Assembly: GCA_036263035.1 (NCBI GenBank)
Contig: DATAHR010000264.1
Coordinates: forward strand, 1-59,774
Direction of reading: 5' to 3'
DNA length: 59,774 nucleotides
Source of the DNA: Gaiellales bacterium
GTDB taxonomy: Bacteria > Actinomycetota > Thermoleophilia > Gaiellales > JAICJC01
Made by a program: the position numbers and the translations under genes. Shown piece after piece: positions 52,152 through 59,545 of the stretch (positions within the stretch are counted from its first letter, which is position 1; the number at the start of each line of letters is the position of its first letter). Under the pieces are notes generated by a model. It searched no databases and was not told the DNA's origin. It saw nothing but the letters and a program-made list of their open reading frames with translations.

Positions 52152-52508
52152 ATGGAGATCCCCGCCGGGTTCCGGGTCGTCGAGGCGGCGACGGCGTTCG
52201 AGCGCGAGGTCGCGGCGCTCGTCCGCGCCATCCCGGCTGGGTCGGTGGCCAGCTACGGCCGCATCGCGGAATGGCTCGGCCGGCCGGAGGGCGCACGCGC
52301 CGTGGGCGGGGCGCTCGCCCGCTCCGGCGGGAGCGTGCCCGCCCACCGTGTGGTCAACGCGGCCGGGCGGCTGGCGCCGGGATGGGAGCGCGAGCAGGCC
52401 GAGCTGCTGCGAACCGAGGGCGTCAGGGTGCGGCGGGGGCACGTGACCCCGCCGATCCCGTGGTGGACAGGCCCGGAAGAAACGCGAGGGCGCAGATCAG
52501 CGCGGTGA
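52152..52508 (+). CDS. Alkyltransferase-like (ATL) protein: MGMT DNA-binding domain with Ala in place of the acceptor Cys
   Basis: IPAGSVASYGRIAEWLGRPEGARAVGGAL...VPAHRVV. The canonical PCHRV motif is PAHRV here. Confidence 0.75.
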   Translation: MEIPAGFRVVEAATAFEREVAALVRAIPAGSVASYGRIAEWLGRPEGARAVGGALARSGGSVPAHRVVNAAGRLAPGWEREQAELLRTEGVRVRRGHVTPPIPWWTGPEETRGRRSAR

Positions 52509-53880
52509 GGATCCACGAGGCCGGGTCCTCGAAGTAGGCGTTGTAGAAGAGGGAGCTGGTGAGCACCGCGGCCAGGGCGGCGGCCAGCACCAGCCGGAGG
52601 TCGCGGTCGGGTCCGGCCCGCAGCGCCGCCCAGGCGATCGACCCGATCAGTGCCAGGTACGCCGCGAGGCCGAGCGGCCCCAGCTCCGCGAGCACCGTCA
52701 GCGGCGTGGTGTGGGAGGCGGCCGTCTTCGTCCGCCCTGGGTGGGCGGAGCCCGCCAGCGCCGCACGGGCGAACCCGCCCAGCCCGGCGCCGTTCAGCGG
52801 GTGATGGCGGATCACGCGCATCCCATCCTCGGCCAGCCGTGACCGGCCGCTCGTGACCTCCCGGGTCGAGCTGCCGTGGCTGGAGGCGATCAGCCCCGCG
52901 GCGCCGACCAGGAGGACGGCCACCGCCAGGGCGGCAACCAACCGCCGCGGCCAGATGGTTGCGCCCAGGACCGCCGCCCCGGCGGCCAGCGCCAGCAGGC
53001 TCGACTGGGAGTACGCGAGGTACTGGCCGGCGAATAGCACCGCCACGAGCACCAGCAGCGGCACCGTGATCCGGCGGTAGACCATCACCCCGAGCAGGAG
53101 CACGATGGTCACCGCCATGAACCGCCCGTAGATGCTCGCGTCGTAGAACAGCGAGTTGACGCGGAAGAACGAGCCGTACTCGTTGCCGACCATGATCTTG
53201 TGGTTCCAGAACAGGTGCTCGGTGTGGTGCTGCCAGAACGCCACGGCCGCGAATACCAGCCCGAGGGCCACCTGAACGCCGAGCATCGCCTGCAGCTGGC
53301 GCTGCGTGGGCCTGATCCCCGCCAGCCGCGCGAGCAGGAACCCGAACGGCAGGTAGAAGAACAGCATCTCGACGCCGCCCTGGCGGCTGTCCGCGGTCCA
53401 GAGCAGCGACACGGCGCTCCAGCCGATCAGCGCGGCCGCCGACCACCCGACGGGCCCCAGCGCCGGCGGCCGCTCCGCGCCGGTGACCATCTCGTAGGCG
53501 CAGGCGGCGGCCATGGCCAGCACGATGGCGTAGAGCGGCACCAGCAGGTTCGCCTGCTCGCCGCCGGCATGCAGGGGGATGCGGGCCGGTGCCGCAGCGA
53601 CCACGGCGAGCAGCGTCAGGGTGGTGTACCGATGCGCGATCAGCGCGCCCACGCCGAGGGCGATCAGGCCGCCCACGACACCGACGGCTGCAAGCGCCGG
53701 CCGGCCCGTCGCCTCGACCCGGACCTTGGCGATCGGCGAGTGCAGCAGGTCGGCTGCGAGAATCGCCCCGCCGGCCGCCCACGCGGCCAGCGCGGCCGCA
53801 CGCACACGCCGATCGGCCGAGACCAGCAGGCCGGCCAGGCCGGCGGCGGAGATGATCGAGCCGAGCGCCGTACCGGTCAC
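52423..53880 (-). CDS. O-antigen ligase/polymerase-like (Wzy_C) polytopic membrane protein, copy 2
   Basis: Multi-TM protein. YSQSSLLALAAGA...GAGLGGF...SHTTPLTVLAELGPLG. GTG 53880 forms a GTGA overlap with the upstream gene. The N-terminal 232 codons of track ORF 52423-54576 are shadow. Confidence 0.7.
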   Translation of the reverse strand: MTGTALGSIISAAGLAGLLVSADRRVRAAALAAWAAGGAILAADLLHSPIAKVRVEATGRPALAAVGVVGGLIALGVGALIAHRYTTLTLLAVVAAAPARIPLHAGGEQANLLVPLYAIVLAMAAACAYEMVTGAERPPALGPVGWSAAALIGWSAVSLLWTADSRQGGVEMLFFYLPFGFLLARLAGIRPTQRQLQAMLGVQVALGLVFAAVAFWQHHTEHLFWNHKIMVGNEYGSFFRVNSLFYDASIYGRFMAVTIVLLLGVMVYRRITVPLLVLVAVLFAGQYLAYSQSSLLALAAGAAVLGATIWPRRLVAALAVAVLLVGAAGLIASSHGSSTREVTSGRSRLAEDGMRVIRHHPLNGAGLGGFARAALAGSAHPGRTKTAASHTTPLTVLAELGPLGLAAYLALIGSIAWAALRAGPDRDLRLVLAAALAAVLTSSLFYNAYFEDPASWILTALICALAFLPGLSTTGSAGSRAPAAP

Positions 53881-54551
53881 GGCAGCGTCACCGTCGCCTT
53901 CGGCGGCGTCGGCGTGCGGTTCCCCGCGCGGTCGACCGCGATGATCTCGATCGTGGCCGGCCCGGGGCCGACGGCGTCCAGGCGGAAGTGGGCGATGCGC
54001 GGGATCACGCGGTGCTTGTGGATGACGAGCCGGCCGTTCTGGTAGACGAGCAGCTCTGCCCGGGAGACGGGATCCGACCGGGTGTAGTGCACCGCGACGG
54101 ACACCGCGCCGACGTGCACCGTGCCGATCGTCACCTCGACCGGTTTCGTATCGACCACGATCGGGTCGGGGATCGTCACCTGACGGCCGTCGGCGAGCGT
54201 GACGCGCAGGCGGTAGCTCCCATCGCCGACGACGGCGCCGGACGCGTCCCGTCCGTCCCATGTCACCCGGACGCGGCCCTTGGGGAACGGGCGGTCGGCG
54301 AGGGTGCGCACGAGGCCGCCGTCCGCGCGGACGATGGCCAGCTGCAGATGCTGCGCGTCTCGCAGCGTGAAGTGCATGTGCGCGAGCCGGTGGCAGCCCT
54401 GATCCTGGCACCCCGGCGAGAAGTAGGTGCGTACGTGCGGGTGCGCGACGGGGGAGTGCGTGAGCTTGAGCTGCTCGGCGCGCAGGAACGCCGCGGCGCT
54501 GGCGGCGATGATGACCAGCAGGAGCGCGGTCGCGGCTCGGTAGTGGCTCAC
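53877..54551 (-). CDS. Membrane-anchored protein with FlgD-Ig-like beta-sandwich domain
   Basis: N-terminal TM ATALLLVIIAASAAAF, then VRVTWDGRDASGAVVGDGSYRLRV, a FlgD_ig-type motif. Confidence 0.6.
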   Translation of the reverse strand: MSHYRAATALLLVIIAASAAAFLRAEQLKLTHSPVAHPHVRTYFSPGCQDQGCHRLAHMHFTLRDAQHLQLAIVRADGGLVRTLADRPFPKGRVRVTWDGRDASGAVVGDGSYRLRVTLADGRQVTIPDPIVVDTKPVEVTIGTVHVGAVSVAVHYTRSDPVSRAELLVYQNGRLVIHKHRVIPRIAHFRLDAVGPGPATIEIIAVDRAGNRTPTPPKATVTLP

Positions 54552-54590
54552 GGCGCGCCGATTGTAGGCGCACCATGAGCCCTCACCGTG

Positions 54591-55493
54591 TCATTCAGCC
54601 GGCTGCGAGCGCACCACGGCGGCGACGCGCTGGCCGCGGGCGACGTACATGAGCCCGATGACGACCATCACGGCCCCGCCGACCACGTACCACATCGGGG
54701 CGGCGTCGAGTGTCTTCAGGCCGGAGGCGCCGAGCACGACTGCGATGCCGCCGCGGAGCAGGCGCTCTGGTGCGCGGTGCGTGAAGTGCGAGCCGATCAG
54801 AATGCCCGGGATCGAGCCGATCAGGATCGAGGCGACCACGCTGTAGTTCGGCGCGCCGAACGCGATCGTCGCGAGGCCGGCGGCGATCGTCACCAGCATG
54901 GCGTGGAACAGGTCGGTGCCGACGACGCGGCGCGCGCTGAGCGGGAACAGCGTGACGAGGGCGATGCCGAAGAACACGCCCGAGCCGACGGACGTGAGGC
55001 CGAGGATGAAGCCGAACACGACGCCGATCGTGACCGCGAGCACCTTGTGATAGGCGGTCAGCTCGCCGTCCGTGGGCAGCCGGCCGGCGTCCCAGACGCG
55101 CGGGATGGTGATGAACGTGCGGGCGGCGACGACCAGGGCGACCAGGACGAGGATGCCGCCGATCAGGTCCAGCAGCACGGTCTCGACGTCGATGCCGATG
55201 CGCGGGAAGATCTCGTAGAGCGTGAACACGCCGAGGATCGCGGCGGGCACGCTGCCGGCGCCCATCCACAGGCCCAGCTCGCGGTTCACGTTCTTGAGCT
55301 GATGGTGGCGAGCCGCGCCGAACACCTTCGTGATCGCCGCGTAGATCAGGTCGCTGCCGACGGCGGTCGTCGGCGGGATCCCGAACACCGAGATCAGGAT
55401 CGGCGTCATCAGCGACCCGGCTCCCATCCCGGTCAGCCCCACCAGCATGCCGACGGCGAGCCCGGCTGCGATCATTCCCGCGTTGATGTCCAT
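54591..55493 (-). CDS. TauE/SafE (TSUP) family sulfite/organosulfonate exporter
   Basis: Two-fold 4-TM repeat with GLTGMGAGSLMTPIL and GLTSVGSGVFFGIAL motifs. Confidence 0.85.
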   Translation of the reverse strand: MDINAGMIAAGLAVGMLVGLTGMGAGSLMTPILISVFGIPPTTAVGSDLIYAAITKVFGAARHHQLKNVNRELGLWMGAGSVPAAILGVFTLYEIFPRIGIDVETVLLDLIGGILVLVALVVAARTFITIPRVWDAGRLPTDGELTAYHKVLAVTIGVVFGFILGLTSVGSGVFFGIALVTLFPLSARRVVGTDLFHAMLVTIAAGLATIAFGAPNYSVVASILIGSIPGILIGSHFTHRAPERLLRGGIAVVLGASGLKTLDAAPMWYVVGGAVMVVIGLMYVARGQRVAAVVRSQPAE

Positions 55494-55539
55494 GCCCTAC
55501 TGCCCCTCCCGTGGAAGCCAATTCACGCCTAGTCCAACT

Positions 55540-55567
55540 AGTCTAAGCGATTTAGTGGAGAATGCAA
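55540..55567 (-). promoter_or_regulatory. Putative promoter TTGCAT-N16-TAGACT for the TauE gene, in the lowest-GC stretch of this region
   Basis: Minus strand: TTGCATtctccactaaatcgctTAGACT, followed by a leader of about 40 nt containing the direct repeat GACTAG-N3-GACTAG and the RBS GGGAGGGG. Confidence 0.4.
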
Positions 55568-55638
55568 CCCCGGGTTGCGATGTTCCCACCCGAAGCTGCT
55601 GGGAAACAGGGAACGCGGGAGGCGTGCGAGCAGCCTTT

Positions 55639-55683
55639 AAGAGAACACAAGCGGGGGGTCGGGATGTGCTCCCGGCCCCCCGC
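55639..55683 (-). terminator. Intrinsic terminator after sat
   Basis: Minus-strand RNA GCGGGGGGCCGGGA-GCACA-UCCCGACCCCCCGC (13 bp, 1 mismatch) followed by UUGUGUUCUCUU. It begins 10 nt past the sat stop. Confidence 0.7.
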
Positions 55684-55693
55684 GGAGGCTCTG

Positions 55694-56863
55694 CTACTGC
55701 TGGCGGTAGGCCTCGATCAGCACCTGGGCCACCTCCGGGCGCGAGAACTCGACAGGCGGCACCTCGCCGTTGCCGAGCATCTCCCGCACCTTGGTGCCCG
55801 AGAGGAAGACGTGGTGGTCCGCGTCGTGCGGGCACGTCTTGTTCGAGGCCATGTTCCCGCACGTCCTGCAGAAGAACGTGTGGTCGAAGAACATCGGCTC
55901 GATGTCGAGCTCGTGCGGCTCGAACTCGTCGAAGATGTGATGCGCGTCGTAGGTGCCGTAGTACGACCCGACGCCCGCGTGGTCTCGCCCGACGATGAAG
56001 TGCGAGCAGCCGTAGTTCTTGCGGCAGATCGCGTGCCAGACCGCCTCGCGGGGGCCGGCGTAGCGCATCGCCGCCGGGAACACGCTGAGCAGGGTGCGGT
56101 CGGCCGGGTAGTACTTCTCGAGCAGCACCTGGTAGCAGCGCATCCGCACGTCCGCCGGGATGTCGTCGCCCTTCGTCTTGCCGACGAGCGGGTGCAGCAG
56201 CAGCCCGTCCACCGTCTCCAGCGCGCACTTCTGAATGTACTCGTGGGCACGATGCACCGGGTTTCGCGTCTGGAACCCGACGACCCGCGCCCAGCCGCGC
56301 TCGGCGAAGACCGCCCGGGTGTCCTTCGGATCCAGGTGGTGCGACGGGAACGCCGGGTCGGGCCGCTTGAAGACCGTGACCGGGCCACCCACCAGCGTCG
56401 GGCCCTCGGCATATATCTGCGCCACGCCGGGGTGCTGCTCATCGGTGGTGCGGTAGGTCTTGGCCGCCTCGTTCTCGCGGTCGACCGAGTACACCTCCTC
56501 GACGTCCAGGACGCCGAGCAGCTCGCCCTCGGGGCTCTCCAGCGCAACACGGTCGCCCTCCGGCGCCTCCGGCGCCGACAGGGTCACGGGAAGCGCCCAG
56601 GGCAGGCCGTTTGACAGGTGCATCGACTCGACCGACGCGTCGTAGTCGGCCCGGGTCATGAAGCCCGTCAGCGGCGACAGCGCGCCGGAGGCGATCATGT
56701 CCAGGTCGGCCGTCTGCTTCTCACTCATCCGCACGCGGGGGAGCGATGCGGCCTCCTCGGCCAGCGAGGCGGCCTCGTCACCGGTCACCGTGCGATCGAT
56801 CAGCTCCCCGCCGTGCGGCGCGATCAGGTTTCCACCGGTCTTCGTCGTCGTGGCCTCTGCCAT
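55694..56863 (-). CDS. sat: Sulfate adenylyltransferase (homo-oligomeric ATP sulfurylase)
   Basis: GFQTRNPVHRAHE, VGRDHAGVG and a C-terminal FFCRTCGNMASNKTCPH. TGATG overlap with cysC. Confidence 0.93.
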   Translation of the reverse strand: MAEATTTKTGGNLIAPHGGELIDRTVTGDEAASLAEEAASLPRVRMSEKQTADLDMIASGALSPLTGFMTRADYDASVESMHLSNGLPWALPVTLSAPEAPEGDRVALESPEGELLGVLDVEEVYSVDRENEAAKTYRTTDEQHPGVAQIYAEGPTLVGGPVTVFKRPDPAFPSHHLDPKDTRAVFAERGWARVVGFQTRNPVHRAHEYIQKCALETVDGLLLHPLVGKTKGDDIPADVRMRCYQVLLEKYYPADRTLLSVFPAAMRYAGPREAVWHAICRKNYGCSHFIVGRDHAGVGSYYGTYDAHHIFDEFEPHELDIEPMFFDHTFFCRTCGNMASNKTCPHDADHHVFLSGTKVREMLGNGEVPPVEFSRPEVAQVLIEAYRQQ

Positions 56864-57426
56864 CAGGCGACGGCCTCCTCGGCCTCGCGTGCCAGGAACC
56901 CGAGCTCCTCCAGGCGGTCGATCACGACCCGCGCCGACTGCTCCGGCGTGCGGCCCTCGGTCTCGACCACGATCTCGGGGTCGGTCGGAGGCTCGTACGG
57001 ATCGGACACGCCCGTGAACTCCTTGATCTCGCCGGCGAACGCCTTGGCGTAGAGCCCCTTGACGTCCCGCCGCGCGCACTCGTCCAGCGACGTGGCCACG
57101 TAGACCTCGACGAACCGGTCGCCGATCATCTCGCGCACCGCGTCGCGCGTCTCGGCGTACGGCGAGATCGCGGCGACGATGACGCCGGCGCCATGGCGGG
57201 TCAGCAGCTTCGCGACGAAGCCGATCCGCAGGATGTTGGTGTCGCGGTCCTCCCGGGAGAACCCGAGGCCCTTGCTGAGGTTGGTGCGGACGACGTCGCC
57301 GTCGAGATGGTCGACGAGGATGCCGCGCCGCTCGAGCTCGGGGCCGACGATCTCGGCGATCGTGCTCTTGCCGGCACCGGACAGTCCGGTGAACCAGAGT
57401 GTGAATCCATGGTTTTCCTGTGGCAC
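56863..57426 (-). CDS. cysC: Adenylylsulfate (APS) kinase
   Basis: [22 protein letters not shown] and [11 protein letters not shown] 57426 (AAAGGA upstream) is preferred. The track start 57495 would overlap cysH by 22 nt. Confidence 0.88.
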   Translation of the reverse strand: MPQENHGFTLWFTGLSGAGKSTIAEIVGPELERRGILVDHLDGDVVRTNLSKGLGFSREDRDTNILRIGFVAKLLTRHGAGVIVAAISPYAETRDAVREMIGDRFVEVYVATSLDECARRDVKGLYAKAFAGEIKEFTGVSDPYEPPTDPEIVVETEGRTPEQSARVVIDRLEELGFLAREAEEAVA

Positions 57427-57473
57427 TTGTGGAGATCCTTTCGCAGTTGTACCGTCTGGCGCTTTGTAGCGCC

Positions 57474-58178
57474 TCAGCTTCCGTGGAGGCCGCACTCCAC
57501 CTTGCCGGTGCCCTTCCAGCGGCCGGTCCGCTCGTCCCCGCCCTCCTCCACCGCGCTGGTGCAGGGGACGCAGCCGATCGACGGGAATCCGTGGTCGTGC
57601 AACGGGTTATAGGGGATGCCGTGCCTCCAGATATAACGCCAGACGTCGCGGTTCGTCCAGTCCACGAGCGGCTGCACCTTCACCACGCCGCGGCGCTCAT
57701 CTATTTCGATTTTGCGGGCGTTTTCGCGAGTTGTCGACTGCTCCCTGCGAATTCCCGTGATCCAGGCGTCCATACCCTCGAGCGCCTGGCGCAGCGGTGC
57801 GACCTTGCGCATCCCGCAGCACGCGTCCGGATCCCGCTCCCACAGCCGATCCCCGTGCACGGCGGCCTGCTCCTCCACCGACAGCTCGGGCTCGATCCGG
57901 TCGAACCGGACCGGGTAGCGCTCGATCAGCTTGCGCCGCGTCTCGTAGGTCTCGCGGAACAGCAGGCCGGTGTCGAACTCGACCACGCGCACGTCGGGCT
58001 CGATCTCCGAGAGCATGTGCACCAGCACGGAGCTCTGCTTCTGCCAGGAGCAGGTCAGCACCAGCCGCGGATGGAACAGCTCGACGGCAACCCGCAGGAC
58101 GTCCTCCGCCCGCTTGTCCTCGAGCTCGTTCGCGAGCCGCTCGGCCTCGGCCGGGCTGATCGGGAGGATCGTGCTCAC
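57474..58178 (-). CDS. cysH: APS/PAPS reductase; the Cys pattern indicates a 4Fe-4S APS reductase
   Basis: [30 protein letters not shown] and [11 protein letters not shown] overlap with the comA stop. The rest of track ORF 57474-58730 is shadow. Confidence 0.88.
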   Translation of the reverse strand: MSTILPISPAEAERLANELEDKRAEDVLRVAVELFHPRLVLTCSWQKQSSVLVHMLSEIEPDVRVVEFDTGLLFRETYETRRKLIERYPVRFDRIEPELSVEEQAAVHGDRLWERDPDACCGMRKVAPLRQALEGMDAWITGIRREQSTTRENARKIEIDERRGVVKVQPLVDWTNRDVWRYIWRHGIPYNPLHDHGFPSIGCVPCTSAVEEGGDERTGRWKGTGKVECGLHGS

Positions 58179-58954
58179 GTCGCCGTCGGGATGTCGCGAA
58201 GCAGGAGGTCGGGCATCGTGTCCGAGCGCAGGCCGAGGCGCAGCGTCTCCAGCGGGATCACCTCGTCGGGCGGGATGTTGCCGAGGTTGACCTCGGGCCC
58301 GAGGTGGCGGATGAACCAGGCCTGCTGCTCCTTCTGCGGGGCCTCGAACAGCAGCTGGTCGAGCGGGATCTCGTGCACGATCTCGTCGATCAGGCCGCTT
58401 CGCACCTCGCCGGTGCCGCGGAAGATGCCGGCCGTTCCGGTCTCGCGCGCCTCGGTGATCACCTTCCACGCGCCGGCCTCGAGCTCCTCGCGGATCCAGG
58501 CGACCCACTGGTAGGGCGCGTAGATCGCGTCCTGATCCTTCGAGCCCACCTCCGACAGCACGACGAAGTCCTCCGCGAGCGCGCCGATCAGCTCCTGCTT
58601 GCTCTCGCGCTCCATCCGCAGCGTGCCGTCGCTGACCTCGACGTGCGTGAAGCCGTAGCCCTTCGTCCAGCGCTTGAACTCGTCCACCTTGCCGCGGGCG
58701 ACGGCGGCTTCGAGCAGCGTCCCGCCGCACATCACGGGCGTGTCGAACGAGCGGTACAGCTTCACCTTCTCGGAGAGGTTCTGCGTGACGTACGACGTGC
58801 CCCAGCCGAGCTTGACGATGTCGACGTACTCGCCCGCGGTCTCGAACAGCCCGTTCACATCGGCCAGCGTCATGCCCTTGTCGATCACGTGGGTGAGGCC
58901 GCGCTCACGCGGCTTCGAGGGGCGCAGCGGGACTCCCAGGAACTCTTCGACCAT
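58175..58954 (-). CDS. comA: (2R)-phospho-3-sulfolactate synthase
   Basis: Collinear with archaeal ComA as I recall it: GLTHVIDKG, DIVKLGWGTS, GGTLLE, VEVSDG, FEAPQKEQQAWFI, NLGNIPPDEVIPLETLRLGLRSDT. Confidence 0.88.
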   Translation of the reverse strand: MVEEFLGVPLRPSKPRERGLTHVIDKGMTLADVNGLFETAGEYVDIVKLGWGTSYVTQNLSEKVKLYRSFDTPVMCGGTLLEAAVARGKVDEFKRWTKGYGFTHVEVSDGTLRMERESKQELIGALAEDFVVLSEVGSKDQDAIYAPYQWVAWIREELEAGAWKVITEARETGTAGIFRGTGEVRSGLIDEIVHEIPLDQLLFEAPQKEQQAWFIRHLGPEVNLGNIPPDEVIPLETLRLGLRSDTMPDLLLRDIPTAT

Positions 58955-58957
58955 GGC

Positions 58958-59545
58958 CTACAACCTCGAGTAGATGGTTTCCTCGAGCCGCCTGCGCGCC
59001 TCGACCTGGACGTTCTCGTACAGCGACTCGCCGTGGGTATCCATGCCGACGATCAGCGGCCCGAAGTCCCGCACCCGGAACTTCCAGAGGCACTCCGGCA
59101 TCAGGTCCTCCCACTCGACCTGCTCGATCTCCTCGATCTGCGTCGTCTCCAGGGCCGCCGCGCCGCCGACGATGGCGAGATAGACGCCGCCGTGCGCGCG
59201 CAGCGGCTCGAGCGCCTCCGGCAGCAGGCCGCCCTTGCCGATGATCGCGCGCGCGTGGTGGTCGCGGACGAGGCCCTCGGTGAAGCGGCTCATGCGTGCG
59301 CTGGTGGTGGTGCCGATGCACATCGGCTCGTAGCGGCCGTCGCCGAGCTTGCGGACGTTGGGGGCGGTGTGCAGGAGCGCGGCCCCCTCGAGCGACATGG
59401 GCGGCTCCTGGCCGCGATCGAAGATGCGGATCTGGGTGGCATCGCGGATGCCGATGATGTGGCCCTGGATGGTGACGGTGTCGCCGGCGCGCAGCTCGCG
59501 GACGGTGGACTCGTCGGTGGGGAAGGTGATCTCGTGATGGGCCAT
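58958..59545 (-). CDS. Fe-S type hydro-lyase beta subunit (class I fumarase / tartrate dehydratase family)
   Basis: LRAGDTVTIQGHIIGIRDATQIR, AIIGKGG and YLAIVGGAAAL. ATG 59545. The stop lies 3 nt before the comA ATG. Confidence 0.8.
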   Translation of the reverse strand: MAHHEITFPTDESTVRELRAGDTVTIQGHIIGIRDATQIRIFDRGQEPPMSLEGAALLHTAPNVRKLGDGRYEPMCIGTTTSARMSRFTEGLVRDHHARAIIGKGGLLPEALEPLRAHGGVYLAIVGGAAALETTQIEEIEQVEWEDLMPECLWKFRVRDFGPLIVGMDTHGESLYENVQVEARRRLEETIYSRL

